From Planctomycetota bacterium (GTDB lineage: Bacteria; Planctomycetota; SZUA-567; H5-PLA8), in contig BTVV01000028.1 of NCBI GenBank assembly GCA_045863855.1, positions 101 through 64,100 of the forward strand: DNA of 64,000 nt, read 5' to 3'. How positions within the stretch are numbered: position 1 is the stretch's first letter; each line of letters begins with the position of its first letter. A program made the translations under genes and the position numbers. Positions 47,054-56,411 of the stretch are shown one piece after another. Under the pieces are notes generated by a model, which saw only the letters and a list, made by a program, of their open reading frames with translations, was not told the DNA's origin and did not search any database.

Positions 47054-47701
47054 ATGAATGTGCGTGTGAAGATATGCGGGCTGACTCGCGTCGAAGACGT
47101 GCAAGCCGCGGTGGCGGCGGGTGCGCAAGCTCTGGGGTTCAATTTCGTGCCCGGAGGACCGCGCTATCTGGCCGATTTGGAACGCGCACACGAGCTTTCC
47201 GGTGCAGCGGGCCAGGCGCTGCGCGTGGGCGTCTTTGCGGATGCCGATGTGACGGCGATCGAGCGCGCGGTGCAAGCGGCTCGGCTGAACGTGGTGCAGC
47301 TTCATGGGGGCGAGACGCCGGCCTTTGGCGCACGGCTGCGGCAGGCGCTTCCGAATGGCGTGCAGCTTTGGAAGGTCTATCGCGTCTCTACGGTAGAGGA
47401 TCTGGCGCGCGTCGAGCGCGAGGCGTATTCGTGCGAGGCGCTGTTGTTGGATGCCCGGGTGGCCGGAGCGCTGGGCGGTACGGGCCGGACGTTCGACTGG
47501 TCGATTCTGGATGGCTGGACACGCGCGCATCCGGTGGTGCTCGCGGGAGGGCTTACGCCGGCCAACGTGGCCGAAGCCGTAGCGCGTGTGCGGCCGGCCT
47601 GGGTGGATACGGCCAGCGGCGTGGAATCGGCGCCGGGCATCAAGGACGCGGCAAAGATGCGCGCGTTCGTGAATGCGGCGGTGTCCGTACGTATTTCATA
47701 G
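47054..47701 (+). CDS. trpF: phosphoribosylanthranilate isomerase
   Basis: VKICGLT, VQLHG.E, LLDA..GGTGRTFDW, LAGGLTPANV, VDTASGVESAPGIKD. Confidence 0.97.
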   Translation: MNVRVKICGLTRVEDVQAAVAAGAQALGFNFVPGGPRYLADLERAHELSGAAGQALRVGVFADADVTAIERAVQAARLNVVQLHGGETPAFGARLRQALPNGVQLWKVYRVSTVEDLARVEREAYSCEALLLDARVAGALGGTGRTFDWSILDGWTRAHPVVLAGGLTPANVAEAVARVRPAWVDTASGVESAPGIKDAAKMRAFVNAAVSVRIS

Positions 47702-47720
47702 AGCGGCCGAGGCGCAGGAT

Positions 47721-49775
47721 ATGGTACGGGCGGGCTGGCTTGGAGCGCTTGTGCTGTTCGCGGCGGGCGCGGTTTTCGCGGACACGGTGACGTGCCACGA
47801 CGGGCGCGTCTTCGACGGCGAGGTGCTTGAAGAAAACGCGCAAAGCGTGCGCATTCGCACGCCGCAGGGGACGGTCACGCTGCCGCGGCATGAAGTGAAG
47901 ACGGTCGAGTACAAAGAATCGCCGCTGAAGGTATTTAGAACGCGGCGCGGCAAGCTCGCGGCCGACGATGCCAAAGGGCATTGGGAATTGGCGCAGTATT
48001 GCTTGTCCGCCGACCTGAAAACCGAAGCGGAAAAGCTGCTGACCGAACTGCGCGCGATGGCGAGCCCCTTTTACATGCAGGCGACCCGCAAACTCGCCGA
48101 CCTGTACGCGCCGAAGTATCCGAAGCTGGCAGTGGAACTGTACGACGAACTGGTGGCGAAGACGGAAGACTTGGAGGCGAAGGTCAAGTCGCGCGAACTG
48201 AAGCGCGAATTGGACCGCAAGCGCCAAGAGGCGTACACACAGGCGTTGAAGTCGCTGGACGAGAAGCAGTTCGCGACGGCGATCGAGACGCTGCGTTATG
48301 CGTACTCGCAGGCGTACCAGGGTCCGCCGGCCGAAGGGGCCGCGGCGGCGGTGAGTCCTGACGAGATATTGGCGAAGCTGGCCTCGATTCGGAAGGATCT
48401 GGAGGCGCAGGCGCGCAGCCGGGCCAAGGAGAAGCCGGGCGCTGGAGCGGGCTTTACAGCCTGCAAAGCGTGCGACCAGCATTCGGGGTGGGGCACATGC
48501 GTAAACTGCAAAGGGCGCGGTACGGTCGAGCAGATCATCCCTGCGCGGATCACGATGACGGGGGTGATCCCAGAGCGCAAGATTCAGGTTACGTGTCCGA
48601 CGTGCGGAGGCGGGAAGAAGTCGCGCTGCCCGGAGTGCGTGGGTACGGGCGTGGAGCAGAAGCAGATCGACGCTCGGCAGCGCTGGACGGTGAAGTCGAT
48701 CTCCGACAACGCATGGACGCGTAAGAACGACGATCCGCTGCGTGCGATGAAAGATGCGGCCGGGCAAGCGCTGGCCAAGAACCTGCGCATGCCCGAAGGC
48801 TTCGCGGCCGATTACCCCACGACGGCGAATCTGCGCGCGCTGATTCCTTCGGTGCCGCCGCCCGACGATTTCGCCGCCAGTCCTGCCTACAAGACCTTCT
48901 TAGATAGCTGGCGCAAGCTGCCGCAGCAGGACCGCGGCAACTTCCTGTGCCAGTATGCGTTCGAAGTCTCGATGAGCGCGCTGGCCGAAGCCGTGGCTCA
49001 GCCGGCTGGCGAGGAAGCTCAGGAAGAAGGCAACGCGGACTTGGCGGAACTGCGGCGCACGGCGCCTGTGACGAGCGCCACGCTGCTTTCGGCGCTGCCG
49101 GACGAGTGGTCGGGGCGTTGGGTCTGGGTCGAAGCGGTGTATGCCGCGCCCGACGCGGACTGGAGCGGCGATCAGAAGACCTCGTTTCAACTCACCACGC
49201 CTCAGGCGCATAATCTGCATCCGTTCGTGTACCTCCCGGAAGCCAAGAAGGCGCATGCGGCCGGAGCCGCGGACGCCGCGGCCAATCCACACGTCAAGCT
49301 GCTGGCCTCGTTATACGGTTACGAATCGCTTTCCAAGCAGATCGCCGAACTGAAGAAGGACGATCAAGTGCGGCTCTTCGGGCGCGTGCTGTACCGGACC
49401 TCACGCGATCCGGAGACGTCGCTGGAAGTGTGGGGCGTGGACGTGCTGGCCAGTCCCGAAACGCAGAAGCTTTTGGCGCTGGTGCGCAAGCCGGTGACGT
49501 TCAACTTCGAAGAGACGGGGCTGAGCGAAGCGGTGGAGATGCTGGCGCTGCTGACCAACACGCGTATCCGGATCGACGTGCCGAAAGGCGGCGCCGAAGT
49601 GATCTTGAACGTGCGCGCGACCAAGCAGCCGCTGGCGCTGGCGTTGCAGGAGATGCTCAAGGAAGCCAAGCTGGCTTGGGTGTTTGATGACGCCGGCACG
49701 GGGCTCGTGGTGGTGCAGGAACCCAAGCCCGAAGCCACGCGACGGGTCGAATCGGTCCTCTCGTATTTGAAGTAG
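47721..49775 (+). CDS. exported multidomain hypothetical protein with DnaJ-type zinc finger and C-terminal STN-like domain
   Basis: Signal peptide; CKAC, CVNCKGRG, CPTCGGG, CPECVGTG; C-terminal VTFNFEETGLSEAVEMLALLTNTRIRID. Confidence 0.75.
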   Translation: MVRAGWLGALVLFAAGAVFADTVTCHDGRVFDGEVLEENAQSVRIRTPQGTVTLPRHEVKTVEYKESPLKVFRTRRGKLAADDAKGHWELAQYCLSADLKTEAEKLLTELRAMASPFYMQATRKLADLYAPKYPKLAVELYDELVAKTEDLEAKVKSRELKRELDRKRQEAYTQALKSLDEKQFATAIETLRYAYSQAYQGPPAEGAAAAVSPDEILAKLASIRKDLEAQARSRAKEKPGAGAGFTACKACDQHSGWGTCVNCKGRGTVEQIIPARITMTGVIPERKIQVTCPTCGGGKKSRCPECVGTGVEQKQIDARQRWTVKSISDNAWTRKNDDPLRAMKDAAGQALAKNLRMPEGFAADYPTTANLRALIPSVPPPDDFAASPAYKTFLDSWRKLPQQDRGNFLCQYAFEVSMSALAEAVAQPAGEEAQEEGNADLAELRRTAPVTSATLLSALPDEWSGRWVWVEAVYAAPDADWSGDQKTSFQLTTPQAHNLHPFVYLPEAKKAHAAGAADAAANPHVKLLASLYGYESLSKQIAELKKDDQVRLFGRVLYRTSRDPETSLEVWGVDVLASPETQKLLALVRKPVTFNFEETGLSEAVEMLALLTNTRIRIDVPKGGAEVILNVRATKQPLALALQEMLKEAKLAWVFDDAGTGLVVVQEPKPEATRRVESVLSYLK

Positions 49776-49814
49776 CGGATCGCGTTATGTCTGGCGCGCG
49801 AAGCCGAGCCGGTA

Positions 49815-52655
49815 TCAGCGTTTATAGACTTTGCCCGTGAGGAACAGCCGGGTAAGGATCGTGGCATCCGTCGCCCCGCTTTGCAGGCCTAGTACGATCG
49901 GCACCCCGGCGGGAGCACCGGGCAGCGGCGCGGGCAGTCCGAAGGTTCCGGCCGGCAGCCAATCGCTGGTGAGCTTGATCGATCCGCGCGCGCCGAGGAT
50001 GGAGACTTGGGCGAGGCCAGGGGGCGCTTCGCGCGAGCGGCGGTAGCTGAACGAAAGGCCGTCGGGTCCGCGCGTGAATGCCCCAGGCGCCCATACGGGT
50101 TCGTAATCGCCCAGCGTCAGTGCGAGGCCGTCGGCGGTGGGATCGAAGTCCACACCTGCGGCGGAAACGAAAGCGAGCGAGCAGACGAAGCGTTCCTGCG
50201 GGCCGGCTGCGCCGGTGGCTTTGTACGAGAACTGCGCCGAGTCGAGGCCCAGATATCCCTGCGGCAAGGTGTAGGCGCTTTGACCGAACCGATAGCGCCC
50301 GATTCCGGTGCTTCCGGCGCGGGCGCAATCGTAGCGCGTGCCGAGTTGCGACACCCCCGTCCAGATCGAAGCGCCTGCTTCCAGTTCGATTTCCAGATCG
50401 AGCAGCACGAGCGCTTGCTTGATGGCGTTACCATCGACGGCGCCCAAGGCCGCAAACGCCGCGGCGAGGTCGGCGTTCTTGAGCTGGACGGTGAGCGCTC
50501 CGGTGACCGGTTGATAGGTGGCGCCGAAGGCGGGCCGTGCGGTTTTGGGGACGGTCCAGGCGATTTTTTTGCTGCTTACACTCGAGGGCAAGCCGGATTC
50601 GAATTCCAATCCGCCGCAACGCAAGCGCAGCACCGCGCCGTTCAAGACCGCAGAGGCGAGTCCGGCGTCCCACAGCGCACCGGGGTCCAGCAGTGCCGAG
50701 AGCGTCAAGGTGTCCACGTCCGCGCCGAAGCGGGCTTTTTTCGAGAAGGCTAGCGAGTACTGGAGTTGCACGACCTTGAACGAGCCGAGGTTGCCGCCGC
50801 CGACGATTACGGTGACGGTGTCGAAGGCGGTCAGGCTGCCGGAGTCGGTGACGGTGACGCGGACGGAGTAGACGCCGGGTTCGGCAAAGGCGTGCGCCGG
50901 CGCGGCGCTGGTGGAGCCGGTGCCGTCGCCGAAATCCCATAGGTACGTGACGGCGCCTTCGAGGTCGCTGCCAGTGGAGCTGAAGGATACGGGGTCGCCG
51001 GGATCGGCGTAGTGCGGCTGTTCGGATGGCAGCACGATGCTGACCGTGGGCGGATCGTTGACGGCGTTCACGGTGAGCACAAAGACGGACTGCGCGGTGA
51101 GCGCTCCGTCGCTGACGGTGAGCGTGACGGTGGATGCTCCGCTGCGGTTGGCGGCGGGCGTGAGCGTGACGGTGCGGTTGGCGCCGCTGCCGCCGAAAAC
51201 GATTGCGGACAGCGGGAGAAGCGTCGTATTGGAGCTCGCGCGTGTGACGGTCAGCGCGGCGGCGGCGGTCTGCGCGTCGCCGATGGTGAAGGCGATCGAG
51301 CCGGTGGACGCATCCTCGTTGATGTTGCGGTCGGCGATCGCGGAGATGGTGGGCGGCGTATTGACCGGCGGCGTTCCGGCTGCTTCGAGCGAACCGAGGT
51401 CGTAGCCGCTGCCCTGGGGACGCGCGGCGCCGAGGCGGTCGTCGGCGGGCGCGTTCTTTCCGCCCAGCGAGGCCACGCCGGTGTCTTTCGCGGCGCTGTC
51501 GGTGAGCAGCGCGTAGTTGCCGTTGTCGGGATCGACGAAGAGGCCGGCCGCGGTGCCGGCCGTGCTGTGCGTGTCGTAGCCCAGCGCCTGCCATTGGGAG
51601 AGGCTGAGATAGGTGCTGTCGTCGTTGGTGGTGACCGCGCGCGATCCGGTCCGGAGGATGTTGTAATCGCAGACGAGTCCCGTCAGGTTTCCGGCGCCGT
51701 TGAAGTGAATGCTGCCGCGCGTGGCGTGGCGCGTGACGAAAACGTTGTTGAAGACCACGGTATTGGTGCTCCCGTCGTGAATCTGCAGGCACCACTTCCC
51801 GTTGTCGGCCAGATCGAGGGTGTTGTTCACGACGGTATTGCGATGCGAAGGGGAGCCTCCGTCGATCTGGTACAGCGAGATGCCGGCGTGGTGCGCGTTG
51901 TAGATGAGGTTGTTGCGGATGACCGAATCGGTGACCCCGTCGCAGTTGATGCCCGAGCCGCCGCCGCCCAAGCCGTTGTTGTAGATCACGTTGTCTTCAA
52001 CGAGCGCGTTGCTGATGATCCCGTCGCCGCCTTGTTCCAGGTCGCCGTTCATGTGCAGTCCGTTGGCGTTATTGCCGTAGATTACGTTGCCGCGCACGAC
52101 GGGGCGATCGCCGCTATTGGCGACGTAGATGCCGTGCTCGACGCGGCTGCCGTAGGCCGTGTTGTTTTCGATCAGCAGGTCGTCGCTGAATCCGGTGAGG
52201 ATGCCCCAGCGTTCGTTGTCGCCGAGGACACAGTTGCGGATCGTGATGTGGTGTCCTGCGTCGATGCGGATCGCGGCGCGGTTGGCGTCGAAGCTGCGTA
52301 AACCGTCGATCACGATGTACGTGCAGAAGGTGATGAAGATCGTGTCGCGGTTGTCGCTGCGGTCGGTGGTTTTGACGACGACGGCGTTAGACCCGGTGGC
52401 TTTGATGGTAATGGGAGCGCCGTTGCCGCCGTCGATGTCTTCCATGGTGAAGCCAAGGTAGGAGCCGTCGGCCACGTGCACGGTGTCGCCGGGTCCGACA
52501 ACGGGCAGGGCCTGCCGGATCTGTCGGAAGGGGCTGCCGGACGTGCCGGTACCGCCGGCGGTTCCGCTGGGGGAGACGTACCAGTCCGTGGCCGAGCACG
52601 CGCAGGCGGCAAGGCTTACGCAAACGAGCAGGCCGGTAAATCGGGGCGCGTACAT
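49815..52655 (-). CDS. secreted right-handed beta-helix enzyme with cadherin-like, PKD and uncharacterised C-terminal domains
   Basis: Signal peptide; WYVSPSG...PGDTVHVADGSY, EHGIYV, HMNGD; NTPPTIS..INED..VNDPP; PKD YLWDFGDG. Confidence 0.85.
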   Translation of the reverse strand: MYAPRFTGLLVCVSLAACACSATDWYVSPSGTAGGTGTSGSPFRQIRQALPVVGPGDTVHVADGSYLGFTMEDIDGGNGAPITIKATGSNAVVVKTTDRSDNRDTIFITFCTYIVIDGLRSFDANRAAIRIDAGHHITIRNCVLGDNERWGILTGFSDDLLIENNTAYGSRVEHGIYVANSGDRPVVRGNVIYGNNANGLHMNGDLEQGGDGIISNALVEDNVIYNNGLGGGGSGINCDGVTDSVIRNNLIYNAHHAGISLYQIDGGSPSHRNTVVNNTLDLADNGKWCLQIHDGSTNTVVFNNVFVTRHATRGSIHFNGAGNLTGLVCDYNILRTGSRAVTTNDDSTYLSLSQWQALGYDTHSTAGTAAGLFVDPDNGNYALLTDSAAKDTGVASLGGKNAPADDRLGAARPQGSGYDLGSLEAAGTPPVNTPPTISAIADRNINEDASTGSIAFTIGDAQTAAAALTVTRASSNTTLLPLSAIVFGGSGANRTVTLTPAANRSGASTVTLTVSDGALTAQSVFVLTVNAVNDPPTVSIVLPSEQPHYADPGDPVSFSSTGSDLEGAVTYLWDFGDGTGSTSAAPAHAFAEPGVYSVRVTVTDSGSLTAFDTVTVIVGGGNLGSFKVVQLQYSLAFSKKARFGADVDTLTLSALLDPGALWDAGLASAVLNGAVLRLRCGGLEFESGLPSSVSSKKIAWTVPKTARPAFGATYQPVTGALTVQLKNADLAAAFAALGAVDGNAIKQALVLLDLEIELEAGASIWTGVSQLGTRYDCARAGSTGIGRYRFGQSAYTLPQGYLGLDSAQFSYKATGAAGPQERFVCSLAFVSAAGVDFDPTADGLALTLGDYEPVWAPGAFTRGPDGLSFSYRRSREAPPGLAQVSILGARGSIKLTSDWLPAGTFGLPAPLPGAPAGVPIVLGLQSGATDATILTRLFLTGKVYKR

Positions 52656-52699
52656 GGGTGCGGCTCCTCATCGGACGTCGGCGGCCTGCGGTTCCGCCG

Positions 52700-54841
52700 T
52701 TACGGTGCGGCTTCGTAGCATCCGAGATCGACGGCGGCGCCCTGATTACGCGGGCGGCCGTCGAGATCGGAGTCGTTCGCGGTGACTTGGGCATCGTCGC
52801 CGGCATCCCGCGCGGGCGATTGCGGCGCGAGCCGGTAATCGTGTGCCGGTGCATTCGAAAAGAGAGTACTGGGATCGGCGGAGCGCGAGCGCGCGTCGTG
52901 GCCTTTGCGCTGCCATTCAACCAGAGTCCACGCGGCGGGCTCGATGTCGTCGATGGCCACTAGACGCGGGCCGGCGAAGAGATTGGCGTCGCTGTCGAGA
53001 TGCTTCAGGTCGGCTTCGCGCAGGAATCCCAGCGCGGGAATCGAATCGTTGCCCCCGACGAGGAGGTTGTTGCGCAGAAATACCGGCCCTTCGAGGTCTG
53101 CGAGGCGGAGCGCATAGCGCCCGCCGGGTGCGGATACGACGGTATTGTTCAGCACGCGGACCTCGCGCGGGCCATGGCGGCTGCCATCGCGGTAGACGGC
53201 AATGCCGGACGCATGGTTGGCATAGAGCAGATTGTTGCGTACGAGCGCCTCGTGGATGCCGTCGAGGTTCAACGCCGCGCCTCCGCTGCGTCCGTTCTCG
53301 GCCAGAATGTTGCGCTCGATGCGAGCTCCGCGGATTGCCCCGCGCATGCCGGGTTCGTCGCCGCCCGCGAGCTGCAGGGCCGCGCCGGGGTTGCGGAAGA
53401 AGCGCGAATCGGCGATGACCGGGCGCTGGCAGTCTTCGAGCGAGCACGCGCCGGAGGAACTGCGTACGTCCGAAAATTCGCAGCGTTCGATTTTCAGATC
53501 GTCGCAGCCGACGGCGCTGAGCAGGGCTTTCGCGCTGTGCCGAAAGGCACTGTCGCGCAGCGTGATATGCGAGCCACCGACAATCTGCAGCGCCAGCCGC
53601 TCGGATGCTTCGATCTCGAGGCCCTGCAAGGTGAGGTGCCTGCATTCGTCGAGGCGTACGCGCATGCCGCGGGCGTCGTCGCGCAAACTGCCCACGATGC
53701 GGGCCGCGCCACCTTCGGCGCAGAGCAGGATGGGGTACTCGGCCGACCCCTGCACTTCCTTAAGCAGGAAGGCTTGGTACACGCCGGGCGCCAGGTGGAC
53801 GGTATCGCCGGGCTTAAGGCTTGCGGCCAATTCTTGGACTTCGCGTGCGGGCCGTGCGGCGCTGGCCGGGGAGCCGGGCATGCCGTTGGGGTTCAGGTAA
53901 TAATCGCGGCCGGGCGGCAGCGGCTGGCCCAGTGGAACCGCCGCCAGGCGCGCGGTTTCGCGGGCTTCGGTGTAGTGCCCGGCGTTGACTTCGATGCGCG
54001 CGGCGTCGAGGTTGCGTTCCAGCTTGACGCGTCCGGCCGCGACTTCCAGGCGCGTGGCTTCGTTCATGGCGGCTAAAGTAAAGCGCGTGCCGAGCACCGT
54101 GGCGCGGGCCAGCGGCGTATCGATCGTGAGCGGGGCGGCGGCAGGTTGCTGGGGTACGTCGGCTTCCAGGCGTCCGGCGGAAAGCAGCAGGCGCTTGGCT
54201 GCCCGCTCGCCGTTGCGCGGCGCTTGGACGATCCGAAACTCCGCGGCATTGGAAATCTGCATCCGCGTGCCGTCAAGAAATCGAATCTCCAACGTCTCCG
54301 CATCGTCCGCGAGGCGCAGCGTATCGCCCGTATGAAGTGGTGCGTCAAGCTCGGCGTTGCGTACGGAACCGGCCGCATCTGTGATGCGCACGGATTGATT
54401 TCCATGCAGACGTACGAGGTGCGCGACGCTGAGGTCATCCAGCGCCGCTGGGACGGGCGAAAGGGAAGGGTTCTTTCCGAACTGCTGGGCGCGGCGATCC
54501 AATTGCGAGCCGAATCGCCAAACGGTGAAGGCAAGCAATACCGCTGCGGCGCATGCGATGGCGGCGCGAAGGGTAAATAAAGGATTCTTGGGTGCGACTG
54601 CGCGGCGCGGCACGGGTGTCGTGAATCGGCCGGCGGGACTTACGGCTCCCGCGGCGCGGCCCTGCTTTTGCAATGCGTGGAGGCGGTAGAGAGTCTGGTC
54701 GAAGCGCGCGGCGCGGACGAAGGCGTGCGCGGCCGTGCGGTCGGAGCGCAGGCGTGCCTCGAGTTCGGAAAAGCCGGCAGGCTCGGCGACTCCGTCGAGA
54801 TACGCGCCGATCAGGTCGTCCAAAGCGGTGGAGTCGCTCAT
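52700..54841 (-). CDS. FecR-domain anti-sigma factor with C-terminal beta-helix sensor domain
   Basis: N-terminal LIGAYLDG..LEARL anti-sigma domain; TM helix; FecR FLDGTRM...TPLARATVLGTRF...LEVAAGRV; beta-helix; 4-bp overlap with the sigma gene. Confidence 0.88.
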   Translation of the reverse strand: MSDSTALDDLIGAYLDGVAEPAGFSELEARLRSDRTAAHAFVRAARFDQTLYRLHALQKQGRAAGAVSPAGRFTTPVPRRAVAPKNPLFTLRAAIACAAAVLLAFTVWRFGSQLDRRAQQFGKNPSLSPVPAALDDLSVAHLVRLHGNQSVRITDAAGSVRNAELDAPLHTGDTLRLADDAETLEIRFLDGTRMQISNAAEFRIVQAPRNGERAAKRLLLSAGRLEADVPQQPAAAPLTIDTPLARATVLGTRFTLAAMNEATRLEVAAGRVKLERNLDAARIEVNAGHYTEARETARLAAVPLGQPLPPGRDYYLNPNGMPGSPASAARPAREVQELAASLKPGDTVHLAPGVYQAFLLKEVQGSAEYPILLCAEGGAARIVGSLRDDARGMRVRLDECRHLTLQGLEIEASERLALQIVGGSHITLRDSAFRHSAKALLSAVGCDDLKIERCEFSDVRSSSGACSLEDCQRPVIADSRFFRNPGAALQLAGGDEPGMRGAIRGARIERNILAENGRSGGAALNLDGIHEALVRNNLLYANHASGIAVYRDGSRHGPREVRVLNNTVVSAPGGRYALRLADLEGPVFLRNNLLVGGNDSIPALGFLREADLKHLDSDANLFAGPRLVAIDDIEPAAWTLVEWQRKGHDARSRSADPSTLFSNAPAHDYRLAPQSPARDAGDDAQVTANDSDLDGRPRNQGAAVDLGCYEAAP

Positions 54842-55368
54842 GCGCCGGGCGCCTCCCCACTCGCGGCAAGCTTGCGCGCGACGCATTCCTGCAAACGCGC
54901 GCGCAGGCGCGTGAGCGCCTTTTTCACCGCGGCCACCGAACGGCTGAGGCGTTGCGCCAAGGCATCGAGCCCCAGCGCTTCGGTATAGCGCAGTTCGAGC
55001 ATATGCCGCGCGGGCTCGTCGAGCGACGCGACGCAGGCGCGCAGCGCTTCCAGTTCGGCGCCGGGGTCGGAAGCTTCGACTTCGTCGTAGGCGCGCTGCA
55101 CGGCCGCGATGGATTCCGGCGAAAGCAGCGGCAACGCTCGGCGGTGGCGTTCGAGGTCGCGGAGGATCAAGTTGGCGGCCACTCCACGCGCCCAAGCTCC
55201 GAACGGGCGCTGCGGATCGTAGCTCTCGAATTTCTCCCACAGGATCAAAGCCAGTTCCTGGACCACGTCCTCGCTGCGATGCCAATCACGTACGATCAAG
55301 CCCACGAAGGCGTGAAGATCCTGCTGTTGTCGGAGGAACAATTCGAGGAAGGCGCGACGGTCGGACAT
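54838..55368 (-). CDS. ECF sigma-70 factor
   Basis: EDVVQE...LWEKFESYD...FGAWARGVA (region 2); LELRY...VKKALTRLRARLQECV (region 4). Confidence 0.93.
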   Translation of the reverse strand: MSDRRAFLELFLRQQQDLHAFVGLIVRDWHRSEDVVQELALILWEKFESYDPQRPFGAWARGVAANLILRDLERHRRALPLLSPESIAAVQRAYDEVEASDPGAELEALRACVASLDEPARHMLELRYTEALGLDALAQRLSRSVAAVKKALTRLRARLQECVARKLAASGEAPGA

Positions 55369-55546
55369 GGGCAGCACTCCGGGCTCTTGGGCGGCCCATT
55401 CCTATTTCCATTCTGGGGGCCGCGGGGGGACATGATTTTCCCGAATTGGTGGCATGGCGACAGCAACCGTTCGCCGCGAAGCCGGTTTTCGTCCTTCCTT
55501 TAAGTGTGTGGGTGAGAATCACTTGTGAGGTTGAACGCCAGCGGGC

Positions 55547-55611
55547 TTGCCAACGCGGGTCGATGTGGGGTATTGTTCCTTCATAAACAACGGTGTTGAT
55601 GCTAATGCAAC
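55547..55611 (+). promoter_or_regulatory. sigma70 promoter with overlapping candidate IclR operator
   Basis: TTGCCA-N18-TATTGT; imperfect palindromes TTGTT-N8-AACAA and GTTG-N9-CAAC overlapping the -10 and start region. Confidence 0.5.
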
Positions 55612-56402
55612 AAGAGCGATTCGAAAACGGAGACGGCTACCAGACCGTCGAGCGGGCGTTCGAACTGCTGGAGGCCTTGGCCGGCGGTCCGCGCGGCGTG
55701 ACGGAACTGGCCGGCGAATTGGGCCTCGAGAAGAGCACCGTCAGCCGGATGCTAAAGACTCTGGCGGGCTTGGGTTATGCGGTTCAGCCGGAAAAGCGCG
55801 GCGCCTACCAGCTCGGCCCGCGCGTACTGTTCTTGGCCGACCGGTATTTGGATGCCAACCGCTTGATCCGCGAGGCGCGGCCGGTGTTGGAGCGCTTGGC
55901 GCGCGAAGCGCGGGCGAGCGCGCATCTGGCGCGTGAAGTGGGTTCGCAGTTCCTGGTGGTCGCGAAGGAGGCCAGCCCGGAGTTAATCCAAGTGGCGAGT
56001 GCGGTGGGCGGAGGCTGCGTGCCGCACGCTTCGGCGTTGGGCAAGGTGCTCCTGGCCGGGATGAAGCCAGCCTTGCGGACGCGCTGGCTTCAGGAACCGC
56101 TGCAGCGGTTCACCGAGAAGACGATCGTGGATCGCGCGGCGCTGGCGGACGAGTTCGAGTCGATCGAGCGGCGTGGGTACGCGCTGGAAGCCGGCGAGGA
56201 ACATTTGGGAGTGGGTTGCATCGGTGCGCCGGTGCGCGATGCGGGCGGGCGCTGGATTGCGGCGCTTTCGATTTCTGGGCCGTTGCGCGGGACGCCGTTC
56301 AAGCTGGACCGGGAGCATATCGAGTTGCTGTTGGCGCATGCGCGGGCTCTTTCCGTCGCACTGGGTTACCGGGAAGCGCCCGCCGCGGCGCCCGTGGGAT
56401 AG
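55605..56402 (+). CDS. IclR-family transcriptional regulator
   Basis: QTVERAFELLEAL, GVTELAGELGLEKSTVSRML, HASALGKVLLA, CIGAPV, ALSISGP. Confidence 0.95.
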   Translation: MQQERFENGDGYQTVERAFELLEALAGGPRGVTELAGELGLEKSTVSRMLKTLAGLGYAVQPEKRGAYQLGPRVLFLADRYLDANRLIREARPVLERLAREARASAHLAREVGSQFLVVAKEASPELIQVASAVGGGCVPHASALGKVLLAGMKPALRTRWLQEPLQRFTEKTIVDRAALADEFESIERRGYALEAGEEHLGVGCIGAPVRDAGGRWIAALSISGPLRGTPFKLDREHIELLLAHARALSVALGYREAPAAAPVG

Positions 56403-56411
56403 GAGTCTGCG

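Noticed and set aside
54842-55285. 148-aa upstream extension of the FecR ORF
   Set aside because: It lies inside the ECF sigma gene; the ATGA overlap at 54838-54841 marks the real start
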